A DNA stretch of 64,000 nucleotides from contig CALXXV010000006.1 of the NCBI GenBank assembly GCA_944392775.1, positions 20,106 to 84,105 on the forward strand, written 5' to 3'. The DNA is from an uncultured Alphaproteobacteria bacterium. GTDB taxonomy: Bacteria; Pseudomonadota; Alphaproteobacteria; Rs-D84. How positions within the stretch are numbered: position 1 is the first letter of the stretch; every line of letters starts with the position of its first letter. The translations under genes and the position numbers were made by a program. Positions 18,932-27,895 of this stretch are shown here, in pieces. The notes under the pieces were generated by a model that saw only the letters and a list, made by a program, of their open reading frames with translations, searched no databases and had not been told where the DNA came from.

Positions 18932-21028
18932 TTAAAACACTATCTCATACCAAACTTTGTCACCGTTACTATCAACACCTAAAACTGCATCCGTTCCTGC
19001 ACCAACCATGCTTACGGCAGCATCTGCTTTATCCAAAGACGCTTGTACATCTGCCGCTAATTTTGTACGAGCAATAGCCGCATCATCTGCAACATCGTCA
19101 TTTGAAATCTTTGATTTAGTAGCCAAAGTACCTAAATCTGCTGTATTTGCTTTTGTTGCCAACTGTTCATCAACATAAGTTGTATCAGCCTTACCTTCTA
19201 TAGCCCCAACCGCAGTATTAACCGTCTGTTCCATCTGAGTAATTTTGTTATTCATTTCTTCAAAATTACCATCAGTTGCCATACCATCAGTCTTGGTTTT
19301 TAATTCATTAACCGCACCAACCAAGTTTTGTGCAGTAGTTGTCAAAGCACCTTCCCCAACAGTTGTTTTTAATGTACTTATATTTGAAGTATTTGTTTGA
19401 ACTTTTCCTTCTAACTCGGTCAAATCTGCATCCGTCGCCAAGCCTTCTACTTTGGAATCAACTTCTGTTTTTGTATAAGCATCAGTAATACCATATCCAG
19501 CAAGAGTAGTGGCCTTATCTGCTTTCGAAGCCACATCCAATGCAGCAGAATCCGCTTTTTCTTGTGCCGCAGTCGCAGCCGCTTGCGCTGCTTGCGCTGC
19601 ATCACTTGCACCACTTGCCAATTCTTTCGCTTCATCCGCCGCTGTCTTTGCTGCATCAGCCGTGGTTTTAGCCGTATCAGCAGTAGTTTTAACAGTTTCT
19701 ACTTCACCCGAAACAGCATTTGCAATTGCTTGCGCCGCCTCCGCAGTTGTTTTTGCAGCACCAGCAGTTTCCACTGCCGCCGTCGCCGCAAGACCTGCAT
19801 TATCCGCAGCCACCCCAATCGTATCTACTTTTGAAGAAAGCGCATCTACAACTGTTGCGTCAGCCTTTGAATCCAATGCAGTCTTATCTGCTTTTTCAGC
19901 CAACCCAGCTTCTACATCAACAGTTTTCGCATAATCCTTTAAAGCTTCTTGCATATCACCGGCAGCAACATCGGCAACAAGGTCATTTACTTCTGTTTTA
20001 TTATAAACTTCGGATTTAGTATAAACATCAGCAACATTTGCCTTACCCGCCAAACCCGTGGTTAATTCTGCGCTTGTAGCCAAACCATCAGTTGCTTCAC
20101 TAATAGCAGTTTGCACACCAACTGTTGTGGCATAACCTGCCAAAGCATCACTATCCAACTTTCCTGACAATTCTTCTTTTGTCGCATAAGTCGCATTTGC
20201 AGCTTCTGTTTTTACATAATCCGCCAACTCTGCCTTTGTAGCATAAACATCCGCCAAATCACTTACAGCCTGTATTATACTATCTTCCATATCATCCTTT
20301 GTCGGATAATTGGTCAGATCAACTTCAGCTACATCCCCCTGCTCACCTTGCGGCCCTTGAGGCCCTGTAATATCTTCAATAGAAATCAAATTATTCCAAC
20401 TAGAATCCCCAACATGACGCCAAGCTATATAACCATCAACATTCCCCATTTCAATCCCCAGCTCGCCTTCGCCAACAATTTCGGCCAAAGCCTCACCCAA
20501 CGGATTAAGATTTACAAAGATTTCATCATTTTCAATAGATATATAATCATCCCCCGTTCCAAGAATATTTTGCTTATTATCCTGAACGTCTTTAACATCA
20601 TCACCCAATCTTGTAACATCTTCACGAACAGCTTCAATCTGCTTTTCTAAATCACTAGCAACCCCCGGATCCATAGAACCATCAGAAGAACCACCAGACG
20701 TATTGCCCCCAGGTTTCTGAGAAATTATTGTACTACCACCACTAACAGATGTACCACCACCCAAATATTTTCCGATAGACAAACGAGGCGTAGTAGTAGT
20801 TACACGTCCGGAAGACGACGAAGAAGAACTGGCTGTAGGCGAAATACGAACAGTACCACCGCGCGCAGTTGCACTTGAGGCACCACTACTAGAACTAGCA
20901 CTTGAAACACTGTCATAAGTACCCGCCCCACCCAAAGTACGAACCGTAGATGCTGCATAAGCACCCGAAACGGTTGTGCATAACACACAAATTATCGCAA
21001 GTCTTGAAATTTTAAAATCTTTTTTCAT
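18932..21028 (-). CDS. Secreted fibre-like protein A (Ser/Gly linker, short collagen triplet run, tail-fibre repeats)
   Basis: Signal peptide ending AYA; IAWRHVGDSSWNNLISIEDITGPQGPQGEQG; YATKAEL repeats; TTLAGYGITDAYTKTEVD; LTTTAQNLVGAVNELK. Confidence 0.8.
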   Translation of the reverse strand: MKKDFKISRLAIICVLCTTVSGAYAASTVRTLGGAGTYDSVSSASSSSGASSATARGGTVRISPTASSSSSSSGRVTTTTPRLSIGKYLGGGTSVSGGSTIISQKPGGNTSGGSSDGSMDPGVASDLEKQIEAVREDVTRLGDDVKDVQDNKQNILGTGDDYISIENDEIFVNLNPLGEALAEIVGEGELGIEMGNVDGYIAWRHVGDSSWNNLISIEDITGPQGPQGEQGDVAEVDLTNYPTKDDMEDSIIQAVSDLADVYATKAELADYVKTEAANATYATKEELSGKLDSDALAGYATTVGVQTAISEATDGLATSAELTTGLAGKANVADVYTKSEVYNKTEVNDLVADVAAGDMQEALKDYAKTVDVEAGLAEKADKTALDSKADATVVDALSSKVDTIGVAADNAGLAATAAVETAGAAKTTAEAAQAIANAVSGEVETVKTTADTAKTTADAAKTAADEAKELASGASDAAQAAQAAATAAQEKADSAALDVASKADKATTLAGYGITDAYTKTEVDSKVEGLATDADLTELEGKVQTNTSNISTLKTTVGEGALTTTAQNLVGAVNELKTKTDGMATDGNFEEMNNKITQMEQTVNTAVGAIEGKADTTYVDEQLATKANTADLGTLATKSKISNDDVADDAAIARTKLAADVQASLDKADAAVSMVGAGTDAVLGVDSNGDKVWYEIVF

Positions 21029-21049
21029 AAATTCTCTCTACGTAATCAA

Positions 21050-21079
21050 ATAATATCACATTTATGCGAATCGGGTCAA
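21050..21079 (-). promoter_or_regulatory. Promoter of the fibre operon with embedded GANTC
   Basis: The minus strand reads TTGACC-CGATTCG-CATAAATGTGA-TATTAT (18-nt spacer, TG extension). Confidence 0.55.
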
Positions 21080-21092
21080 TAGTTTTCCTATG

Positions 21093-21824
21093 CTAAAATT
21101 CATACCTTAAACCAATTGATATGGAATTGTCTAAAATCAAACCGATATCATTTTCTATATACGCTTCATATATAGTTGGATCACCTGTATTTTTATATTG
21201 GAAATATCTTGTTTGTTTTGTTCCATTAAAACCAGACAAACGATATCGAAGGTCTAAAACAAAATTATCATCTAACTTATAAGAATACCCCAACATTACA
21301 CCAACCATCGGAGAAATACCTTCTTCTGTTCTACCACCACTAAGGAAAATATCCGAATCATATTTTGTAATAGGCATCGCAGCACCAACACCAAGCCCCA
21401 AATACACACCATTTGTAAAATCATAATAACCGTTTACCAACGCATAAGGAGCAGATAAAGAAAACTCTATTCCTGCATCTTTATCAACGAATTGACCGAT
21501 ATACCCAACTTCTATTTCACCGCGCCAAAAATAACCAAATTTATGCCCTACAGATAAATTACCACCAAAAACGGGCTCAAAAGAAAATTTATCAGACTCA
21601 AATTCAGAAAGCACACCAAGATAGTCCGAATCGTACTTATTTTCCCAATTTAAAAAACTAAGCTCTGCCCGACCAGTTAAATACCAACCAGTTTTTGCTT
21701 TATCTGTATAATCATAAGTAACAACGTACCCACCATTAGCATCACGAGTAAGATAACTAGGTGCAGCTATCGCCCCCGTTGAAACCATTCCTAACAATAA
21801 AAATAAAGAAAAAATTTTTTTCAT
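21093..21824 (-). CDS. Outer-membrane beta-barrel protein (8-stranded opacity/OmpW-like superfamily)
   Basis: Signal peptide; RGEIEVGY, LVNGYYDF, YLGLGVG, LDLRYR; C-terminal IGLRYEF. Confidence 0.85.
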   Translation of the reverse strand: MKKIFSLFLLLGMVSTGAIAAPSYLTRDANGGYVVTYDYTDKAKTGWYLTGRAELSFLNWENKYDSDYLGVLSEFESDKFSFEPVFGGNLSVGHKFGYFWRGEIEVGYIGQFVDKDAGIEFSLSAPYALVNGYYDFTNGVYLGLGVGAAMPITKYDSDIFLSGGRTEEGISPMVGVMLGYSYKLDDNFVLDLRYRLSGFNGTKQTRYFQYKNTGDPTIYEAYIENDIGLILDNSISIGLRYEF

Positions 21825-21969
21825 ATAATCCCCCTAATGCTTTTTATATTTTTTTGTATTTTATCACAAAAGCACCACCTTATAAAAGACAAAAAAACAA
21901 AATATTGACATCTTTTTATAAAATTTGCTAAATTTTTAATAAATAAGTTTTTATATTGAGAGGAAGGAT

Positions 21970-22368
21970 ATGAAAAAAACATTAACAATACTTACACTTA
22001 TAACATTATCTGCATGCAGCAGCATCCCAGACAAAATTAACGACGATAAAGTCTTTTTTGCATTTGATTCTGCCGTCATTTCTAATGCAGCAAGCGAAAA
22101 TTTAGAAGAACAATCACTGTACATGAAGAAAAATCCTGAAATAGGAGTTATTCTAGAAGGTCATTGTGATGAAAGAGGTTCGACAGAATATAACTTGGCC
22201 TTAGGAGCGATGCGCGCAGGAAACGCAGCACAAGTCATGATAAAAGATGGCATAGAACCAGAAAGAATAAAAACAATTTCTTACGGCAAAGAACGTCCAC
22301 AATATCCTGGAACAGGCGAAGCTGTTTGGGCCAAGAACAGAAATGTAACAACCAAAGTAATAGAATAA
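21970..22368 (+). CDS. pal: Peptidoglycan-associated lipoprotein (OmpA domain)
   Basis: Lipobox LSAC; FAFDS, EGHCDERGSTEYNLALG and SYGKERP. Confidence 0.92.
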   Translation: MKKTLTILTLITLSACSSIPDKINDDKVFFAFDSAVISNAASENLEEQSLYMKKNPEIGVILEGHCDERGSTEYNLALGAMRAGNAAQVMIKDGIEPERIKTISYGKERPQYPGTGEAVWAKNRNVTTKVIE

Positions 22369-22394
22369 AAAACGCGTTATATACGCGTTTTTTT
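22367..22394 (+). terminator. Intrinsic terminator
   Basis: AAAAAACGCGT-TATAT-ACGCGTTTTTTT after pal. Confidence 0.75.
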
Positions 22395-22414
22395 ATAAAA
22401 TTCTTGGTTGAAAC

Positions 22415-22443
22415 TTGACCCAAGAGTCTTTTTTTATTACCAT
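22415..22443 (+). promoter_or_regulatory. Putative ftsE promoter containing GANTC
   Basis: TTGACC-17 nt (includes GAGTC)-TACCAT just upstream of ATG 22451. Confidence 0.45.
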
Positions 22444-22450
22444 TTTTTTT

Positions 22451-23251
22451 ATGGAAGAAAATACCGCCATATCTTTTACAAACGTAGGTGCAAAGTATGA
22501 TAACGCTCGTGAAGTATTATCAGACGTTTCTTTTAATATCAGCAATGGTTCTTTTTACTTTTTATCCGGTGCATCAGGTGCAGGCAAAACCACATTACTA
22601 CGTTTAATATATCAATTACACAAACCCTGCAGAGGACAAATAAAATTATTCGGTCAGATTACAAATAATATGACACGGGACGACACCGCAAAATTACGAC
22701 ATAAAATGGCGATAGTTTTTCAAGAATATTCCCTATTATCACATATGACAGTATTTGATAATATTGCATTACCTTTACGCGTTCGAGGAATTCCGGAACA
22801 AAAAATAAAAAAACTTGTTTCAAAAACTTTAGAATGGGTAGGCTTAGGCAAATATGCAGACGCAAACCCAAAGGCTTTATCGGGCGGTCAACAACAACGC
22901 GTATCTGTTGCAAGGGCAATAATTATTCAACCGTCTCTTCTGCTAGCTGACGAGCCTACAGGAAATCTAGACGACGAGAATGCATCAAGATTAATGGAAT
23001 TATTCATACAAATGAATAAAATTTTCGGTACAACGATAATCTTAGCAACACACAGTACCAAACTTATGGAAACCTATAATTTTCCAATAATTCGCGTAGA
23101 AAATCACAAAGTTAGCTTTTTAGAGGCTAACAAAAAAACAACTAAAAACACAGAAGATATAAAAGATATCAAAAAAATATGGAAAGGTCCCAAACCTCAA
23201 AATTATTTTACAGAGTTATCGAAACAATTTGACGACATCGGAAACGCATGA
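22451..23251 (+). CDS. ftsE: Cell division ATP-binding protein FtsE
   Basis: GASGAGKT, LSGGQQQRV and LADEPTGNLD; followed by ftsX. ATG 22451 is preferred over TTG 22415. Confidence 0.92.
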   Translation: MEENTAISFTNVGAKYDNAREVLSDVSFNISNGSFYFLSGASGAGKTTLLRLIYQLHKPCRGQIKLFGQITNNMTRDDTAKLRHKMAIVFQEYSLLSHMTVFDNIALPLRVRGIPEQKIKKLVSKTLEWVGLGKYADANPKALSGGQQQRVSVARAIIIQPSLLLADEPTGNLDDENASRLMELFIQMNKIFGTTIILATHSTKLMETYNFPIIRVENHKVSFLEANKKTTKNTEDIKDIKKIWKGPKPQNYFTELSKQFDDIGNA

Positions 23252-24090
23252 AAAGTAAATCTATTGTTTTTTCTTTAATTCACGAACAATCCGTTTTTAT
23301 GACGGCAATTATGGCAATGTTAACCTTTTTATCCGTCTTGGCATTGGGCATAGCTCTATCTATTGGGACAGGTGTAATACGTTGGAATTCACAATGGGAT
23401 TTAATTGCTACCGTTCAAATAACTAATTCGTCCAAAACGACAGAAACAGAAAAAATATTAAATTCGCATAAAAACGAAATAACAGAAATAAATAAAATCT
23501 CAAATGAAAAAATGAAAGATTTGATGCAACCATGGATTTCTGGTGGCACCAACACCCTAGAAAGATACTTACCCATAATGTACGAAATAAAATTTAACAG
23601 CAAACAATCACTAGAAAAAATAGGTAAAGAACTTTCTAAACACTCTAGATTTTTAACACACGCAGATGCTTTAAAAACATCTACATCTGCGGGTTGGAAA
23701 ATGATTATACTATCTTCATTTGTATTAATTTTAATACTTGCGACAATAGGAATTTGCATATCATATATAGCAAAAAATACCGCTCTATTACATCGAAGAG
23801 AACTAGAAATATTAAATCAAATAGGCGCTAGTGACAATTTTATTGCAAAACAAATGCAAATAATTACGGGAAAAATCTGTATGATTGCATGCTTTTCCGG
23901 TTTTATAATAGCAATACCCATTTTATTACTAATATTATCAACTGCACATAGTACACGCGTAGGCCTAATGTCTATGCTAGCTATATCTAATACAGGTTGG
24001 ATATTACTTATTTTATTGCCGATTCTAATAATAATTTTTTCTATATACATAACTAAACGAACTACTTTAAATATATTAAAAAATACCTGA
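23248..24090 (+). CDS. ftsX: Cell division permease FtsX
   Basis: Four TMs, HRRELEILNQIGASDNFIA motif, overlaps ftsE. Confidence 0.88.
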   Translation: MKSKSIVFSLIHEQSVFMTAIMAMLTFLSVLALGIALSIGTGVIRWNSQWDLIATVQITNSSKTTETEKILNSHKNEITEINKISNEKMKDLMQPWISGGTNTLERYLPIMYEIKFNSKQSLEKIGKELSKHSRFLTHADALKTSTSAGWKMIILSSFVLILILATIGICISYIAKNTALLHRRELEILNQIGASDNFIAKQMQIITGKICMIACFSGFIIAIPILLLILSTAHSTRVGLMSMLAISNTGWILLILLPILIIIFSIYITKRTTLNILKNT

Positions 24091-24599
24091 TGAAGTTCTT
24101 AACGCCATCTTTATTATTATTCAGTTGTTTTGTATTAGGCGGAATGATGTTTAAAACCATGGCCCCCAGTCGTTGTGCAACAATATTACCAAACGACAGT
24201 ATATTCGTGCTTACCGGCGATATTCGCAGAATTCCCTTTGCAATGAGACAACTAAGACAACACCCAAACACAGATTTATATATAATAGGCGCAGGGGCAA
24301 AAGGCTCTTATGAGCTAGCCCAAAAAGTAACAATAGAATCCAAATCTAAATCAACATACCAAAATGCATTAGCAATTAAAGAAATAGCAAAAAAAGAAGG
24401 ACTTGACCGTATTGTAATAATAACAACCGAAGACCATATGAATAGAGCCCAATATTTAATTACGCAAGAGTTGCCAGAAACAGAAATCGTGACATGCCCT
24501 GTTCCGTTAACTGGCATGCCCGCTGCAAAAAGACTTGAAAGATGGACAATAGAATATATAAAATATATCGTAACAATGTTAGGAATAAAAGAAGGTTAA
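24090..24599 (+). CDS. YdcF/ElyC (DUF218) family protein
   Basis: IFVLTG..RRI, STYQNA and ITTEDHMNRA; conserved position after ftsX in alphaproteobacteria. Confidence 0.85.
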   Translation: MKFLTPSLLLFSCFVLGGMMFKTMAPSRCATILPNDSIFVLTGDIRRIPFAMRQLRQHPNTDLYIIGAGAKGSYELAQKVTIESKSKSTYQNALAIKEIAKKEGLDRIVIITTEDHMNRAQYLITQELPETEIVTCPVPLTGMPAAKRLERWTIEYIKYIVTMLGIKEG

Positions 24600-24611
24600 A
24601 AAGGAAGAAAA

Positions 24612-25322
24612 ATGTTTAGAACAATAATTTTTAAAATTTTACTTGGAATATATTTTACTTTATGGTCTCCGATACTTTTAATAGGTTTGATATCAAAAAA
24701 ATTAAATACTTTTTTGGTATTAAAATGCGCTGCTGGCGTTTTATTATTGGCAAGATTAATTGCCGGAATAAAATATAAAGTGCACTATCCGGCAACAGAT
24801 AAAGAAATAAAACCGTACAACAAATCAAATCGCACAATTCGACTGGACGGGAAAGCAATAATTGCAGCAAAACACATGTCAATTTTAGAAATAGCCGTTT
24901 TATCAAATATAATTCCACAATCGTTTTTTATAATTAAACGTGAATTATTATGGATACCTATATACGGTTGGGCATTTTGGCGAATGGGTTTACAACCGGT
25001 AAATAGAGCACGTGGCGCAACAAATATGCAAAAGCTAACGAATGATGTCGCAGAAAAAATAACTTCAGGAAAAAACTTGATAATCTTTCCGGAAGGCACA
25101 CGCACAAAACCAGGACAACACATACCGTTAAAAAGAGGTTTGTTATTTTTAGCTCATACACTAAAACTGCCTATTCTCCCTGTAGGTACAGATGCAGGTC
25201 TATATTGGCCAAAGCGTGGGAAAATGCACAGTGGTACAGCAAATATATGGTTTGAACCATTACTACCAAGCACCGCTTCTTTAGAAGAAATAAGCGAAGC
25301 AATAAATCGTCATAGCGCATAA
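24612..25322 (+). CDS. plsC: 1-acyl-sn-glycerol-3-phosphate acyltransferase family
   Basis: KHMSILE, IKRELLWIP and IFPEGTR. Confidence 0.88.
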   Translation: MFRTIIFKILLGIYFTLWSPILLIGLISKKLNTFLVLKCAAGVLLLARLIAGIKYKVHYPATDKEIKPYNKSNRTIRLDGKAIIAAKHMSILEIAVLSNIIPQSFFIIKRELLWIPIYGWAFWRMGLQPVNRARGATNMQKLTNDVAEKITSGKNLIIFPEGTRTKPGQHIPLKRGLLFLAHTLKLPILPVGTDAGLYWPKRGKMHSGTANIWFEPLLPSTASLEEISEAINRHSA

Positions 25323-25341
25323 AACATATCAAAGAACAAAA

Positions 25342-25584
25342 TTAACGCTCGTCATCTTCATTTTCTAAAAAACGTGCAAATTCAGAAGGCGTCGTTGATG
25401 TAGATTCCAATATTTTAGAGATACTTTGCATAGAAGGCCAACGAGGTTTTCCAAAAACAGAGTATCTTTTACTTTTATTAAAAGTGGTTGCATCCAAACC
25501 ACTTGAAACAGCCAATTTTGAACAAGACAACTTGTTTTTACGAGCAAGCTTATCTATTGCCAACCAAACATCTTTATGCGTCAT
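25342..25584 (-). CDS. Helix-turn-helix transcriptional regulator (HTH domain only)
   Basis: WLAIDKLA...LAVSSGLDATTFNKSKR...PRWPS..SISKIL, a conserved alphaproteobacterial HTH. Confidence 0.85.
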   Translation of the reverse strand: MTHKDVWLAIDKLARKNKLSCSKLAVSSGLDATTFNKSKRYSVFGKPRWPSMQSISKILESTSTTPSEFARFLENEDDER

Positions 25585-25689
25585 AGTATTCTCTTTAAAA
25601 AATCATAAATCCTGCACAAACACAAGACATGATTCTAATAATACTAGACTTACAAACATTGCTCAATTATTTTTTACAAGTAAATATTC

Positions 25690-26100
25690 CTATTTACACC
25701 ACCCAATGCGACGCCCACCATCATAAGGCCGGCCTAAATTCTCTTTTATCAAAATTTCTCCTACATCTTTCCCATCACCGGTAAAAACAAATGCATCTAT
25801 TCTGCCAAGATATTTATCGTCTTTTATATTTATAAGCTCAACCAAACTTCCTATTGGCAATAATTCAGCCAATCTATTTTTAGCGATTATTGCCTTTTCT
25901 ATTTCATCGGGACATCGACCATTAATTTCTGGGGTATCAACGTTAATCAACCTAACACGCACAGAAACATTTACTTCTTCATTCAAATGAACAGAAGCCG
26001 AAAAAGTATCTCCATCAAAAATATAATTAACTGTTGCAGGAACACCACGCGCATTAGTACACAACAATAAACCTACCCAAAACACAAAAAATCTTTTCAT
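25690..26100 (-). CDS. Secreted thermonuclease (SNase) family protein
   Basis: DGDT, VRLINVDTPE and DKYLGR; signal peptide. Confidence 0.88.
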   Translation of the reverse strand: MKRFFVFWVGLLLCTNARGVPATVNYIFDGDTFSASVHLNEEVNVSVRVRLINVDTPEINGRCPDEIEKAIIAKNRLAELLPIGSLVELINIKDDKYLGRIDAFVFTGDGKDVGEILIKENLGRPYDGGRRIGWCK

Positions 26101-26109
26101 ACTAAAAAA

Positions 26110-27429
26110 CTAGGGCAATTTAGGAGACCAAGTAGGTTCTACTCCATTTATATCATCAGGCAAATCGATATCATAAACGTTTTGCCCCGTTATATCCACG
26201 CTACGAATATGGCTTATACGTTCTATACCATCTATAGCCTTTTCCGTTTCATAATAAACCAATCTTCTTGACCCAGGAGCCCAAGAAGGCGCCTCCATAT
26301 ACCATCCCCCCGCAAGAATTTTTTCATTTCTACCGCGCGGATCCATTATACCGATATAAAAAGTATCATCTGCCATTTTAGTAAAAGCAATAAATTGTCC
26401 ATCTGGAGACCATGCAGGTGTAGCATAACGCCCTGCTCCATAAGTCAACCTTTCAACTTTACCGGTTTCTAAATCTAAAACATAAATTTGTTGATTACCG
26501 CTACGATCAGAATTAAATGCTATCTTTTTACCATCCGGCGAATACGAAGGACTTGTATTTAAAGAATTTCCAAACGTTAATTGTTTCAAGGCCTTTGTTT
26601 CTATATCATATTCATAAATATGAGTTATACCTTTTTTAACCAAAGACAAAGCTATTTTCGTACCATCTGGTGAAAAACGTGGTGCAAAATTCATTCCGCC
26701 AAATTGACCTAATCTACGTTGTTCCCCTGTATCTAGATCCAAAGTCCAAACCATAGGATCATCATCACGAAATGATAAAAACACAATTGTTTGCATATTC
26801 GGTGAAAAATGTGGTGACATAACAAAAGTTTTTTTATCAGATAAAAAGCGCATTCCATACCCATCTTGATCCATTATAGCCATACGTTTTGTACGATTAT
26901 GAACCGGTCCTGTTTCCGCAATAAAAACGATTTGGGTATCAAAATAACCAATTTCTCCTGTCAATCTTTCATAAATAGCATCTGCCATTATATGTGCCAA
27001 ACGTCGAACCGATTTCTTTGAAGCGACTAAACTTTGCGCCTCTATCTGTTCTTTACCAGTTACATCCCATACATAAAATTCTAAATTATATTTGCCCCCA
27101 GATTCCGCCGTTATTTTAGCCTGCACCAAAACCTGAGCCTTTATAGCCGCCCATAATTTAAAATCTGGCAAATGTCCCATTTCAACAAACTCTGGCAATG
27201 CGTCTCTAGAAACAATTCTGAATAACCCCGTAGACTTTAAATCCGCGTCAACAACATCTCTTATCATTGCGGCATCTTCAGAATCCACATTACCAACCGT
27301 CTCAAACTTTTGTACTGCAATGGATATCGGTTCCGTTGCACCAGCAACTATATCAACTTTTAGCTCCGCAAAAGCCGCACCAAAAGAAAAAAACACAAAT
27401 GCCATAAAAATAAAAAATTTTTTTATCAT
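26110..27429 (-). CDS. tolB: Tol-Pal beta-propeller protein TolB
   Basis: AH.MADAIYERLTGE.GYFDT, AIMDQDG and repeated P.(W/F)SPDG (PD40). Confidence 0.95.
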   Translation of the reverse strand: MIKKFFIFMAFVFFSFGAAFAELKVDIVAGATEPISIAVQKFETVGNVDSEDAAMIRDVVDADLKSTGLFRIVSRDALPEFVEMGHLPDFKLWAAIKAQVLVQAKITAESGGKYNLEFYVWDVTGKEQIEAQSLVASKKSVRRLAHIMADAIYERLTGEIGYFDTQIVFIAETGPVHNRTKRMAIMDQDGYGMRFLSDKKTFVMSPHFSPNMQTIVFLSFRDDDPMVWTLDLDTGEQRRLGQFGGMNFAPRFSPDGTKIALSLVKKGITHIYEYDIETKALKQLTFGNSLNTSPSYSPDGKKIAFNSDRSGNQQIYVLDLETGKVERLTYGAGRYATPAWSPDGQFIAFTKMADDTFYIGIMDPRGRNEKILAGGWYMEAPSWAPGSRRLVYYETEKAIDGIERISHIRSVDITGQNVYDIDLPDDINGVEPTWSPKLP

Positions 27430-27582
27430 ACAAAAATCCTTATCAAAAATACTTCATATAATTTTATATGCATCTTAAAGGAAAAGCAAGATAACCCCAA
27501 CTAAAAAAAGCAAAAACACAACAACACAAACAACAACACAAAAGTACACACCACAGCCATTACAGACGTAGACACAAATGTA

Positions 27583-27626
27583 TTGACAAATGTCAACACA
27601 ATGATATAGTCTTTTGTAAAGACTAT
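27583..27626 (+). promoter_or_regulatory. Promoter with two overlapping palindromic operators
   Basis: TTGACA-16-TATAGT; inverted repeats TTGACA-AA-TGTCAA (27583-27596) and ATAGTCTTT-TGT-AAAGACTAT (27606-27626). Confidence 0.65.
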
Positions 27627-27657
27627 GGTATTGAGGTTCGTATAGGAGATTGTATAT

Positions 27658-27882
27658 ATGCCAAATGTTATGCAACAACTGTTCGTTATGAACATGGAAA
27701 CCTTATTAAAAGAGTACGCAGCATATAAAACGTTTAACAAATCAGACTGCGTTATAAACATGCGAATTCCACGCCCTGTTTTAGAAAGCATAAAACAGCT
27801 GGCAGAAAAACAACACGTTCCATACCAGTCATTAATTTCCTCTGTCTTGTTTTCACTTGCCAATATAGAAGAAGCGAAATAA
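27658..27882 (+). CDS. CopG/BrnA-antitoxin-like ribbon-helix-helix protein
   Basis: INMRIPRPVLESIKQLAEKQHVPYQSLISSVL matches the CopG-antitoxin pattern; AGGAG RBS. Confidence 0.75.
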   Translation: MPNVMQQLFVMNMETLLKEYAAYKTFNKSDCVINMRIPRPVLESIKQLAEKQHVPYQSLISSVLFSLANIEEAK

Positions 27883-27895
27883 AAAAAGGTATAAA

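Noticed and set aside
14247-21028. Prophage, GTA or tailocin interpretation of the fibre genes
   Set aside because: No capsid, terminase, baseplate, sheath, tape-measure or lysis genes. All four proteins have signal peptides and the flanks are cellular genes.
14247-21028. Trimeric autotransporter adhesins
   Set aside because: No C-terminal coiled coil plus four-strand YadA anchor. Three of the four do not end in an aromatic residue.
27501-27560. CA-rich tract and the overlapping minus-strand ORFs 27475-27678 and 27501-27863
   Set aside because: Low-complexity sequence with no regular repeat-spacer structure (not CRISPR). The ORFs overlap the better-supported RHH gene and its promoter.
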